Positions 24,112 to 37,900 of a DNA stretch of 64,000 nucleotides are shown piece by piece. A program made the position numbers and the translations under genes. Source of the DNA: Gekko japonicus (Eukaryota); contig NW_015166441.1 in the NCBI RefSeq assembly GCF_001447785.1, positions 755,007 to 819,006 on the forward strand, read 5' to 3'. How positions within the stretch are numbered: the stretch's first letter is position 1; every line of letters starts with the position of its first letter. Under the pieces are notes generated by a model. It saw only the letters and a program-made list of their open reading frames with translations, did not search any database and had not been told where the DNA came from.

Positions 24112-24420
24112 ATAGTACATAATTTCAAAACAGGGCTAGAAAAGAAATGAATAAAAATAAATAATGGGAATTATTAAGCTAAAAACAACTTGAACAAATA
24201 AAATTTAATAGGCCAGGAGCCATACAAAAACCTCAAGTTATAATTCGATTTTACATTTAGAAAGCCAAGATTCTAATATGAAATGGACTGACACTAAAGA
24301 TGCATTATGACAGTTCCAAAGTTCATGTGGGAACAACATAGCCACAACCTCACTATCCATGAAGTTCTTTATGGCATGGGGTTCATGCAGAATTCGGGGG
24401 GGGGGGGTCCACTGATTAGC

Positions 24421-25220
24421 TGTTAGGTTTAATGGCTGCCAGCCATTTAACCCTTCTTGGGTGATCCCCCCTTCTTCCAGCTGCAGCAAGCCACAGCCAG
24501 GAGAAAGGGGGATCCAAACTGGCCGGTTGTCATACCCACCGTAAAGCCTGACCCAGTGGACCCTGATCCTGGGGACTCTGCACCTTTCACATCCAAGGAA
24601 GAGCTCCCTGCACCCCCAGACATAAGTTTTGCAGAGGCTGAACACCAACTGCCAGAAGGGTTCAAACCTGGAGCCACTCCTGCAGAGCCGAGCGCAAGCT
24701 CCACACCCCGATTCCCCTCCACCTGTAGCTCGTTTAAGAGACCAAAGGAGACGGGATTTGACAACCCGGTACAGGGAAGCACGCATGCGTGGGAGGCGTC
24801 CTCTGAGTCCAGAGTATTAACTGGAGCTAGGACTCTGTAATCAGCCGGCAATTAGGAACACAGGGAACAGGCTTTTAAGGAAGCCCTCTTCACTACCTAC
24901 CTCATGCTGGCATCTGATCATGATTGAATCGCTGCACCTCGGACCTTGCATCTTGTTTCCTGACTTTCTGCTTGACTCCCTCGGCTTTTTGACTCCAGAC
25001 TGCTTGACATCGTTCTTCTGGCTCCTTGACCTTGGAATGTGTAACCTGACTCTGAACAACGGCTTTCAGCTTTAGAACTGCCGATCTCTGGTAAACCTTG
25101 GACTGTGCAAGTGACCTGATATTTTGGATTACGCTTTTGTTTCTCTGCCTATCTGGTGCTCTGACCTCAGCCTGTGTTTTTGGATACTCTGTGCCTTGCC
25201 TAGCCTGCCCCGTCAGGACA
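24421..25220 (+). mobile_element. Probable Gypsy-type solo LTR
   Basis: TG...CA termini (tgttagg...caggaca); GC-rich with repeated TGAC/TGGAC motifs; TSD not clear. Confidence 0.5.
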
Positions 25221-25740
25221 ATCGTGACACCGGTTCAGGGCATTTTTGGCTCAGTTCGGATGCCACCCCAAACCCTGAACCAAACTGAAATTTTTATACT
25301 TGTGCCTGTCCCTAGTTTGGAATTATTGCTGAGGCCATGTGCGTTAGCTCTATTTTATTTGCTTGTAAGTTTTAAGATGTAAACCTCGTGACATCTAATG
25401 GAAAAATGTCAAAATCAGGCGTGTCCTTTATTGACTTTCAGCAGCTCCTGTCAGTGCTTCTTTACAGTATTATGGGAAATACGTGTTATTTTATATCTTC
25501 TACTGAATGTTTTAGTAGATTCTGTATGAGAAATGTTTAGTAATCGCATTTGGGAAATTGGATTAAATGCATTCTGAAGCTCTGTTTGTAACAGATGAGC
25601 ACACTTGAAAGCATGCAGACTGATACTATGTGTATTTATAAAGATGCTGGCCCCCTGTTTAAGAACCACAAGCGGAATTAAATGTAAGCATCTCAGACAT
25701 ATTAATCATTTCATATTCCCATTATAAATAGCAGCAAGAC

Positions 25741-27404
25741 GATTGAAGACTTCCTGTCTATGGCTTAAGAACATAAGAACATAAGAGACGCCAATGTTGG
25801 ATCAGGCCAAAGGCCCATCCAGTCCAACACTCTGTGTCACACAATGGCCAGAAATACCAGTGCCATCAGGCGATCCAGCAGTGGGGCCAGGACATTAGAA
25901 GCCCTCCCACTGTTGACCCTCCCCCAAGCAACAAGAAGACAGAGCATCACTTGCTCCAGAGCCCCTAGCTATACCTTGTGGCTAATAGCCACTGATGGAC
26001 CTCTGCTCCATATGCTTATCTAATTCCCTTTTGAAGCTATGGCGGAGGCTCTCTCCTGAACGGGGGAGGCATTCCGCGCTCCAGGGGTGTTGGAGGGGTG
26101 CCGCCTCAAGTGGCACCCCCAGGTGAGCCTCAGTAAGGAGGCTCCAAGCTGGGGGCGCTTGGAGGGCGACCTCTTCGATGGCTCGAAGCCGGAGAATTGA
26201 GGCGCTCTTTCTTGCCCCAATCGGTCCACCCCCCGCGAGGTTCGGTTTTACCGAGCATAGCTGAATGCCGATCGGGACAAGCAAGAAGGTCAAGCGAATG
26301 AAGCGCGATCAAAAGGTGTCTGTGATCAGACCGTCAATGAATCGGAGAACGAGACGAGCGAAAAAGTTTTAAAAGTGAGTTCTGATTCCCCCCCACCACC
26401 TTCAGCGGCGTCGGGAGAAATCCCGGACGCAAACAAACAGAACTGTGTTCTAAAAGAGACGGGGGGGGGGGGGAGAACAGAAAGCACTCAAGTGTGCTAG
26501 AGACTTAACTGCATTTACGGATAAGTTTTACACTTGCTGAAGAAGTGTGAAAAAAGCACTCTTTACTACTCTAAATATATCAAGCAAAACAACCTGCCGG
26601 GTGAGATTGTGATCAAATTTCTCCGATGACAGACAAGAGATGATATTCTCAAAGCGACAACAATCAAACCCCTGCAATTGGGATCAGCAACTATCAGGGT
26701 CCTAAAAGACGTTCCATTTGAGGTCAGACAGAAAAGAAAAGCATATAAAGAGCTCATTTCAACGCTTCAAATCAACCAGATTCAATATGCCTGGCTTTTT
26801 CCAGAGGGGGTGCAGTTTAAATAAGGAGACAAAAGGGAAAAAATTGACTCGGTGTCCAAAGCGGAAAATTGGTTGAAGCAGTTTTTTGGAGCAAAAGAGG
26901 AAGAGCAGCAGGACGACGAAGGCCAAGCAGCCAGCCCAGACGAGACGGACAGAGACCTAAGGAGCAGAAGGAGGCACGGCCAGAGAAGCATATGATCTGC
27001 GACTGAGAGTTGCCAAGTAGCACTTATAATTTAAAAGATTATAGGCGAACTGGATGAAGTCTTTATGCACACTGAGAAGAAAATAGACATTTACTAAAAT
27101 GGACTCACTAATCTCCTTAATTCATTGACTTAAACAAAAGCTTTAATTCTTTATAACTAACTATGTACTAACTGTTAATGACCTTCCTTTCTTGGGTTTT
27201 TAGTTATAGCGTGGGGTCTTTTTCTTTTATACTGTCTGTATCCTGGGGTTTATTATTTTAGTTTGTTATTTGTTTCCCCCTCCCCTCCCCTACCACTTTT
27301 TTCTTTTTTCCGCTTTTCCTTTTTTTTTCTCTTTGTAGTCATGTAGGTGTAACAAAAATTAATAAAGCTACCCTGCCTTCAGGGGATTAAAAATAAATAA
27401 ATAA
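25741..27404 (+). mobile_element. Second ORF1-only L1-derived element (internally deleted, CR1 fragment nested in its 5' end)
   Basis: 17-bp TSD ataaatagcagcaagac (25724-25740 and 27405-27421); ORF1 remnant near 26565-26995, YSKYIKQNNLPGEIVIKFLRRQTRDDILKA..IRVLKDVPFEVRQKRK, homologous to the 18671 ORF; AATAAA at 27361. Confidence 0.85.
25765..26036 (-). mobile_element. CR1 3' fragment nested in the HAL1-like element
   Basis: aagaacataagaacataaga..ggcccatccagtccaacactctg; flanked by ctatggc direct repeats. Confidence 0.8.
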
Positions 27405-27974
27405 ATAAATAGCAGCAAGACAACTAACGTCCTTAAATCTTCGGAAGTAAATGCCACTTCGGGCATAATAGTGTCCTCTTAAAGCTGGGAACTGATATTG
27501 AAGAACAAGAAGCAACCTTCTGAAAGTAGTTAATGTAAACTTTCATTTTTTTTAAATCCTCCAGAAAGAATAGGAAGAGTTGTGCCACCCACTGGCCATA
27601 TACTGCACATGCAATTCAACACCTTCAGCCCAAAGTAATGTTCAGCCATGGGAGACTGATAGGGAGCACCACTGTAAGGTTCATGTGCTTCATCCTCCAG
27701 TCTCCAATTCTCACTAAGGGGCTGGCTGTGCCTGATCACCAAATCATGGCATGAATTAAATCTTAGAATGATTGAAAAAACATTGATACAGAGAAATTGA
27801 ACATTTTAAGAAAAGGATTTTATAAAAGTGAAATTAAAACAGTATAAAAGTACACTGAAAAATAGGTATGAATTTGATAATACAAATTATCACCAAGTTT
27901 TAATCAGCATCATTATTTAAAATAATTTCTTTAAAATTTAAGATTAACCTCCCCACCCAATTTACAGAATTGCT

Positions 27975-28169
27975 TTAGTCTTCCTTGAGTGCATACATAA
28001 CATCATCTTGGCTAACATTAAGTCGAATTCGGCCGTGTAGATATTTATTATTAGATTCTGCTAACAAGAGTCTACAGGCACTAAGCCGAGAGGAAATTGC
28101 CATTATTTCTGATACAGTAGGAGTTTTCAGGCCTTCAATCCTGCACAGTGCAACATGCTGGTGATATAC
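27975..28169 (-). CDS. ORC1: ORC1 last coding exon
   Basis: [14 protein letters not shown]...[15 protein letters not shown]. Confidence 0.95.
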   Translation of the reverse strand, partial: VYHQHVALCRIEGLKTPTVSEIMAISSRLSACRLLLAESNNKYLHGRIRLNVSQDDVMYALKED

Positions 28170-31100
28170 CTAAAGAAAAATAAAACACAGTGAAATTTTC
28201 AACAAGTACAGAGGAAGCATCAATAGGAGAAACTGGATCTGCCCATCTATGGACTGCCCATTGTACCCGGAAGTCAGAAGTAAATTCTTGACTAGGATAA
28301 CAGATCAACTGTACAATTTTTCTGACATGGATAAATTAATATTTTTGCTGTCAGATGTAGACCCCTCTGTTTCTAACAAGGTGGCACTTTATGCACTAGC
28401 AGCTAAGAAAGTCGGAGCAAAGGTGGTTCTCATGAAAGCAGCTACATGAAATGTAATGTCCTGATATGTATTTAGTATTTCTTGAACCTGCCTGTGAATC
28501 TCTCGAGATGGATGTTTGTATTTTAAAAATTCAAGGTAATTAGCATTTCTGAGTATGAAAGTGAATATTTAAAGACGGACATTGTATTTTAAAATTTTAG
28601 TATGTTTAACTTGTAACGGCCAATGGCCACATACAATAAACTTGACTTGAACATGATATACATGGACAGTCCTTAAACCAAGTATATTCTTCTCAGAACA
28701 ATGCTGTTGTATATTCTAAACCACGGGGGAACTGAAGAGGAAAATGATGGAACTGGAATACAAGTAAAATTCTAGTTCATGCATGCTAGATGTACATTGG
28801 GTCTGTATCCTACCACTCTGTTCAGCAAAGTTCAAAGCCTTCCTCCAGCCTAAGGATCCCCTTCCAAAGATGGTGAATTTTGTAAAGAATACCTGCTGAA
28901 AAAAAAAGTAGCCTCTTCTAGTCCTGACCTGTGAAATTCTGCTATAGTTGCTTTCAGGAAAATTTGCTCCTGCAAGGACGCATTCCTGAAAGAGAACAAA
29001 AAAGTCCCAAAAGGTTAAACAGCCAGGCCAAGAAGTTTGTTGTTTTGCTGACTGAGCAAGCAATGTCAAAGACTTTTGGTAAACTACCAGGTTTTTTTCA
29101 AAATAGACGCCACAGAAAGGTAAATTAACCATTACTTTGAAGGTATGTATTTTATCCATTTGAAAAGCACTATACTGTTAAACCCTGCAATTTCTGGAAA
29201 TCATGAAGGCATGGAAAAACACCACAGAAATGGAAATAATGGAAAGGGGGGGGGACTGAAATATATGTAATAGTTACTTTTCTATCAAATCTAATCTTAT
29301 TTTTACTGCTTTAACAACATATGTATAAACACAGCATAATGGGCTAGATCCTATTGAAAATATCTATGCAAGGGGGCAGCGACACAGTTGATCTCTTGGG
29401 GAGCTCCTGAGATTCACCAACTCTCTGTGCTTTTTAGGGGATTATCAGGGGCTCCTGAAATTCCACCCGCCCTCCTGGAGGGAAGGCAGGTTGCAGGGGA
29501 CTTGATCCAGGATCCTCGCGAACGGAGGTGAGCGAGTTAAGCCTGAGATCGTCCTGAGGCAAAAGCACAGAGCTGCATAGTCATGAAGCCATTACTGCAC
29601 AAGCTGTGATCACCTGCATAAGAGAGTTTTGAGCCTCATCATAACACCGATGAAGATAAGACTATACCGTGAGTAACTCTAAAAGCAACAACTAATAGCT
29701 AAGATTTCAACGATTTGCATATCAAGCCCCTTTAAGCTTCCCAAAAAGACGAGGGAACGAGGTGTGGAATTCCTCCCCCCCCCCCTTTTCTCCTTTGCTA
29801 GCGGCTGCAACGAGACCGGGAACTAAAGATTGTTAAAACACATATGGGGGCTAAAAAGATTTACATCCGAATATCTTAACAGCCTTAATAATATCTCTAC
29901 TGGAAAATCTATGTGAAAAGCTACTGACTTTATCTTTTGGAACTTAAAGTATTACTTTGCGACTAATACTCTTAACAAAGAACAACTTTCATAAAAAGGA
30001 TTACAATACTCTATTAATTCTGTGTGAGACCACATTCTGTTTTTATATATAAAAAAATTACAGAAGATTAACTTTTCGGAGAGCACAAAGAGACTGTATG
30101 TTATCTGGTCTAGGCTGAAGGACTTTTGGAATTAATATGTCTACTGCAGCTGGACAGATATTGAAAGCGTAATCACAGAGTCCGCTTCTTTTGCTGGTTA
30201 AAACTAAAATCTTGATATGAGATGAAGATGAATGCTCAAACTATGTGCAAGGAGATAGACAATTTACAAGACTCGGATGACACAAAAGCTGCAAAAGCTT
30301 GGCAACAATTTAAGGAGACTCTTGTGGACAATCTATGCGGCTATTAAAGAAACCTTTGAGAGATTATTTGACAAGGAGAAAAGCAACTCACTGGAAGCTG
30401 CAACTAAACAGGAAGAATCACAACAACAGCAACAGATACTTCCTAAAAGATGGGACTTCAAACAAGATGCACTACCTTTTTCACAGATCCCTTCAACCAA
30501 AGAGACAATAAGATACTACACAGGACAATTCAACGGTCTTATTGAGAATATGAGAAATCTTTCAAACTCTGAGACAGCAAAGGAGAACATACTTGCCTCA
30601 GGAGAAAACAGAATTAATGGAAACTCCAACTGACTTAAAACTTAAATATAAATGGGAAGATGCAAGAGAAAACTTTTCTATATATAAAGAGAAAAGGAAT
30701 AGAGTCATGATGGTTTAAAAAATAAGAGTGCAGAGAAAGAAAAAGAGGATTAAATATTATGAGTAATTAGAATTATGTGTAATTGGCCAATTATGAGTTA
30801 TAGCTTAATCTGAAAGAACAACATAGCAGTAAAGAAGATAAGAGTAATATTAATGTAAAGCAATTAGGTGATCCTTAAAAAAAGAGTATAAGATACAAAT
30901 ATATTGTAATACTAATATTAGGCTAAGCAATATTTTAAGGTGTATGAATCAGATCTTACAAGTGGATTTAACCATTTGTACAAGTAATAATTTTTTGGCT
31001 AGTAATTTGCATTTAAATTATAGCTATAATTCACTTAGAAACATTATATTGGGTTTGGATCCTGATGAAGATTTTAACATGAAATAACTCTGGAACTTTC

Positions 31101-34100
31101 TTTTTCCTTATTTTCTTTGTAGCTACCGATCTATAGTCAAATATATACAGTAGAAATGAATCTGTATAGAAATGATACCAGAATGTTTAGCTATGTACGT
31201 AACTTCCTCTAAGTACATATTATTTGCTTAATTTAGTGTTGATAAGAATGAAGATGTGTAACAGTTATTTAGGATGCCTAGTAGAAAAGATAACAGATGG
31301 TATGGGCATGTGATAGATGAAAGGAAATATAGAGCATGTATACACTGTTGCTAAATGGATAGTATATGGATAGGTAAAAATTAGGTAACTTAGATATTTA
31401 GTTATGTATGAGAAATTTGAATAGAATTTATCAATATAATACACTCTCCTTTCTTTTCTTTTTGAAGACCAATAAAATATTAAATTAAAAAAAGAAAATA
31501 TTTATGCATGTGTGGCATGCGTGAATTTTACCCAATTCCATCCTCTAGGGGCAGACCTCCAACTCCACCCCACATGCTGGTCCTGGAAATCCACCATCTT
31601 CCAGATGCAGCATTTCAGGGGGCATTTTTGAGCTGCCACAGGAGGGAGGATGCAGGGAAGTAATATTTTGGTGCATAGAAATTTTACACAGAATAGTACG
31701 GTTTAGCATTTTTATGGAATTTAAGCAATAAATGCCTTAGTTTTCTACCAGCCAAACTGCTGGAGGTAATATGGAGGTAATTAAAAAAAAAATGTATGGA
31801 GGACATCTTGTTTTCTTCTTGCAAGTAGGGAGATAACAGATTGCTGTTCACCCCCCCAGTGCAGCTTCTTATCACCTCTGCTGCCAGTGGTGGTGGTGGG
31901 GGGGAGTGATTACTTTTCTTCCCTCCAAACTGGGCTGGGGGAAGATTGTCTTCTTATCGCTCTGCTTGCAAGGGGGAGATAAGCTGAATGCATCTTTTCC
32001 TCCCCTCTAAGCATGGGTGTGTGCACATCCTTGCACTGTGGTAACAGAAGCGATCAGCTTGTTCTTTCCCCGGGCAGGCAGATGAGAAACTGATTGTTTA
32101 TGCTCTCCCCCCCCCAACTGGGGTGTGTATGAACAGAAGTAATCAGCTTCTGATTTCCCTGTCCCAAGCATCTCCTGTGTCCCTGCAAGACCCAGACTTA
32201 GGGAGGAGCGGCGGGGACGGTGACGGGACTGGTCATCAAAGTGTCATTTCTCTTCTCCCCCAAGCTTTTCCCCAAGTGTCTGCAAGGCTAGAGCAGATGA
32301 AGTCACACATAGGGAGCTCACAGATGGCTATCATAGCATATTAGTCATCAGAAGTCATCCCAAAAGACTGAACTAAACTAAGGACACTACAGACCCAAAC
32401 TCTGGAATTACCTAATTATATGTATATAGGGTGATGAGAACATTTCATCCATGGCTTGCATGATGTGTGTCATGGTGACCAGTCCAGAGCTACTCTTCTG
32501 ATTAGAGAGTTCACAGATCTCAGTAGACCTTCTACATATATCAAGGCAACGTCTTGCATCACCAGACAGAGCAGCCACCTAAAACAAAATAATGAAAGAA
32601 TAAGAACCATTCCTGATATCGCTATACTCAAAAGACAAAGTTATTTTAATGTATACCATTTGCTCCTTATAATATCAAACTTGAAACTGGTCACTTGACA
32701 CAGGCTTTCAAAATTCAAATCAAGTAAATTTAAGAAAACCACACACATTTCCCCCTCAGATGGCCAGGAGAGAAAATGAAGTCAATAGGTATGGGATTAG
32801 CTGAATTATCAGGGACTGCAGTCAGAACTTTTAAATATCATAGAAAGTGTCTCTTAATTATTAGGACCGGTGCTTTGAAGCCTAACTTTTAGGTGTAACT
32901 AACTTTACCTTTCTAGAAACTAACTGAATAGCATCCTCTTGAAATGCTTTCACTTGGGCCATCCTGGAGGAAACAATCTGCTGTAACTGTTTGTAGGTAT
33001 ATGGCTGGAAGGACATTCTGGTAAGGCCCTAGAACGAAGAAAATGTTAAATATTTAGGTGCCAAAACATCTCAAGAATTGCTTAATACAGAGAAATGTGC
33101 CACTTTGTGTACCCGAAACTACTTAAACTGACTTTTAAGCCCTTTTTCTGTTTACTACCTCTCCTTCCACAGCAGAATCAAATTTCAGATTCAAATTTCA
33201 AATTTATTACGGCCAATTGACAAGCAGTATCTTCCTTTAATCACATTCTTATCGTATAGATACAAGTTTACAAACTATACTGCAACCCACTTCCTCAAGG
33301 CACGCAAAGTGACTATCTAGGAACAAGGAAATTCTGTGTTCATGGAAACGGTTTCAGCTGTCAGTAAGTACTACACAGTTTGCAGAAAACCCAGTTATCT
33401 ACAGAAGACTGATGAGCCATCAGGCTCCCTCGACATTGAATAATTTTTTATCCTGTATAGAATGAAAAGTGGCCTCAAATCTAACGTTTTGAAGCTACTT
33501 TTTAAAAAAGCTAGTGGTAAGCTGGATTCACGTTATGTGTAAGCCACTGAAATAGGGGTTTTTAGAATTAACTACAATAATATTTTGTTTTAGAATTCTC
33601 TTGCATTCATGCCGCAAATATGGGTTGATGAAACAGGAATTCCTGTATATAGGATCTATTTCCATCTGTTACCTTTCAGAGTACCTCAACACATCAGAAA
33701 AATAAAGTAAGCCAATTACATAGCAGTGTGATACAGATGGGCAAGGAATGTTTGAATAGGATTTGCCATTAACTCAGATCATTTTCTAGACTGACATGCA
33801 CCATGCCACATTCACTTTTATCATACTGATAAGAACTGATAGCCTAAGCAATAGTTTTTTCATCCAAGAGATATAAGATACAAACCACCTCAACTGAAAG
33901 TTATCACACCACAATTAGGTCTGAATAAAGGTGACAAATGAATAGAATCATGGAAGATTCAGAATTCTTTATGACCATAGCAATAAAGCTGCAAGGACAT
34001 ACCAGCCTGCTAGCTACTCGGTTCATCATGATTCTCTCTGGCAGATCCATAGTGTTAGCAATGGCTAAAACGATCAACTTGGAACCCTTCTGCGTTGGCC

Positions 34101-34962
34101 AATCAAAGAGACTGTACATCACATTTTGTTTTTGGGTCCACAAGAGGTCAAGCTAGGTCAAGGAAACAGAACAAAAGGTTACAAAACAGGAAAATGTTCT
34201 AGAAAGATTGGACATATCTGGTTTCAATTGCAGTTTTGTAGACAGACTATAACCTTGTACAAGTCATTGCTCTCTTGATCTTGCCTATTCAAAATGGACA
34301 CACAAGAATATACAGAGTTGTATATTCCTCACTAGATCCTTACTACTTCCTCACTAGATCCTTACTACTGATTTCATAAAATAAAGGTTAATATTTAAAA
34401 AATGTAAACTACATTGCATCTATATGTGTATTAGTTCTTTTCTCTCTCTCACTGAACATGTAGGCAAGTGTACAAACTAGGGATTCTTCCTTCATGCCTC
34501 AGTAAAGCTCTTCTTGCAAAACCCACACATTACCTCATCCACAACAAGTACTGTGGTTTTCCTTTTAGGACTAGGTTTGCAGAACATCTTCTCTAGCAGC
34601 ACTGCAGCATGGGTAGCCGTTGCCTTCTGGTCTGTCAGTAACTGAATGGGATTAAACAGAGTCACAAGTTAAGATCTGGATGGTGAGAGAGCAACAGAAT
34701 CTGCTCTGCCAAGTTTACCTGTTTAATTTACAGCTCTTTTGACTTATGAACTTAATACAAAGATATTGAAATTGCACTAGACACACCCACCCAACCCACC
34801 ATTCAGAACCAGACAAGCAAGGCAAAATATGAGGCCTGAGAGCAAACTCAGGTAAGAGTAATGCTGCCAGCTCTGGGTGGGGGAATACCTGGAGATCTTG
34901 TGGCTGGAGCCCAGGGGAGGGGAGGATTTTGGGGAGGAGAGGGGGACCTCACCCGGATACAA

Positions 34963-34998
<36 letters not shown>

Positions 34999-37900
34999 AT
35001 GCCACGCTCCAAAGCAGCCATTTTCTCCAGGGGAACCAATCTCTGTCATCTGGAAATCAGTTGTAATAGCGGGAGATCTCCAGGCCATGCCTGGAGGCTG
35101 GCAACCCAGCTTATCTCCCTTTTGCAGGTACCACAGCCAGACCAAGTATCTTGATGTTCCCCATTAACAAACTGTTGCAGTGAGAAAAAAATAGGTGTAC
35201 CTGCAAAAGGTAGTGCCACTCTCCCCTTCCTGGTTCTTGAGAATGATTCCTCTACAGCTACAACATTATTCTTTGTTTATCCATTTAGAGGACTTCTGTC
35301 TAATTTGTTACCCTTGAAGGGAGACTTCATATAAGTTTACAGACTGTCAATGGAGTGTTTCCGGAAAAAGATTACCTATGTTAAGATATGATGCAAAGAA
35401 AGGGTATATTCTAAAACTACTGTTATGCCACGGGAAGGGCATATGCACAAGATTATTTTTGTCTATCTTAGCCGTCTTCTGGATAGCCATACATTTAATC
35501 TTGCTGCAAGTTACAAAATCTTGTATGACCTTTGAGACAAGGCCAAGGATGGACCTAGATTTGGCGACAACTCACCTTGGCCTAAATTCGACTGAGTCAC
35601 TGCTAGTCCATAGTCCTATCGTCTGATCCCAAGTTTAGAATTATTCTGAAGTTTAGGGACATACATCACCAGCACGGTCTCTATATAGACCAAGGATTCA
35701 ACTAAAGCCATCCTGAGGATCGTTTTATTATGATTAATAATGTGGACCACCCTTCAGCTGTACCATGAGTCACATACAGCCTCTCCAACTAATGCTAATG
35801 ATGTAACTGAATGCATTTCAGATTGCATATCATTCCAGTATTGCTTGAAGCAGTACACAAGAAACAATACAGCCACTACAAAGCCCCCCTGGAAAACATC
35901 CTCCAAGAATAATGTAGCAACCATGAGCAGGACTCTCAAATATCCCATTACAATTTTTCAGGGATGTTGGTACATGGCTCACTTGGATGCTTCCAGCAAT
36001 ATCAGAGCAACATACAAACCAACCAACCAACCAACCAACCAACCAACCAACCAACCAACCAACCAGTGAGCTAATTTCATTGGGCACTTCATATTTAGTG
36101 GGCTGGAAATACATGAGACTGATGCCTGGCTGCAAAAACTCATGGGGGGGACAACATATGCTTGTGGGCCATATATTATTCAAAGTTAGTACTAATAGAG
36201 CAGAAGCAGTAATCTCAGTGCTTAGCTGGCTAGAATGTTTTTCCCATTTCTAGTTGGCAGATGACCTGTCTGTTAAAGCAGTCTTAGGTAGTTATTTATT
36301 CAAAGCATCTCAAAGGTTTCTAATCAATACTATTTCAAGCACAAAATAAACAAAACAGTCACTCACTTTTAGAATCTGCACATAGGCTTGTTGGGGCTCT
36401 GTCAGCTTCATGCCATTGATCTCTATGAACTGGAAAGATGGTAGCTCATCATTTTCTACTGCTTGTTGGAGACAATGAATGACCTCATGAACTGTTGCTG
36501 TTTTTCCTGTTCCAGGAACTCCAGAAATGTACATGCACCTTAAGAAGCAAAAAGGCAGTGATGTAAAGATGCAATACAAGCTGGGAACCCCGAAGGATTC
36601 TAAGTGGTGGGGAAACACCACCCCAGCCCCCTACGTTCTTCAGTTGCTCCATCTCACTTGCCCAGCTTCTCCGCTCTATTTGTTTAATCTTATTTCTCCT
36701 CCTTCCCCAACTGGCGACCTGCTCTTTTCTTCCTCCCAGCCACTCACCTCAGCCACTTGCTCTTTTCTTCCTTCCCCCTCAGTTTTCCTCCCTAGCAGCC
36801 CCTGCACTGTTTCCTTCCTTCCTTCCCTCCCTTGCTTTCTCCTTGCTCCTGCTTTCCCTTCCAACTTAGTGATTTTGCAGCTCTAGATTTTGCCACTCAA
36901 AGTTCTTTTGTAGTTTTTAAAAGTTTCTGTATTTTAGCAAAAATATCTACTTTAGCTCTGGGTTGTCCTCCCTTGCAGATTTTTTTGATCTGCCTAGGTT
37001 GGAGAGCAAACTTGGTTATTAAATATATCTGTAGTCTTCATTCCACGGGCAGGGTGGATTGCAAGCCTCTATAGAGTTGCCCTTTTTTGTGGCTTTTTGG
37101 ATCTGCTGGTAATGTACGTGTTTAAAGAGCAAAGGCACCACATATCCTGCCTCACTGCATATAAGCTGAAAGGAGCAGAGGATGGCAACGCAACAGTGGA
37201 GAGGATTCCTTCATATTTCTAACTCTTTAGTTATTCCTCAGGATAGTACCCCTCTTGTAACCTGGCTTGTTTCTGTCCCTGAATGACTTGGTCTGTTGAC
37301 TAACGTTCTGTCCTTGGCACTGGTGAGGTCATAACTTGCCCTCTCATCCTGTCATGTGACTGTGATATCAAATGCTTGAAGCTTAGTGGAGTCCCATGCT
37401 GTCAAGAAGGGGTTAAAGATGACTGAGATGTAGGATGGTGGAATTAAAGTCTCCTGAATTTTATGCATTATTTATATTTTTTTAAAACTTCCCAGTATTA
37501 CCTGTTTTCTTATATGCAATGCAGATAGAATGACTTACTGTGCATCTAAGAATCAGCTAATGCAGCTGAAGAACTACATTATTTATTATGGTTCTGATCT
37601 GGCAGGTTCTAAAAGCTTTTTCACAAAGACAAAATTATATGCCTCTGTTGTTAAGAAAATCACATAATTGTGCTGAAAAATAATGATTAATGTCAGTGAG
37701 TTTAGAATGACTTTATTTCTGTTCAGTCAGACATACAAGTATAGATTTCCTCACTTTCTTCCTCTTCAATGAAATCCAGCATGCGCAAGCAGCTTTTCAC
37801 TGATCCCAGTAAAATGGCTAAGAGCAACTCACCCTCCTGTTCCATCAAGGAGCTTGCTTTCTATGAAGTTATAGACATCCTGGAATTCCTTTTCACGGCA

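Noticed and set aside
24238-24851. Overlapping 127-182 aa ORFs as a novel gene
   Set aside because: GC-rich LTR-like repeat with ORFs open in several frames and no domain or splice support.
35740-36253. ORFs with PTNQ/LVGW repeats
   Set aside because: Translation of the (AACC)n microsatellite.
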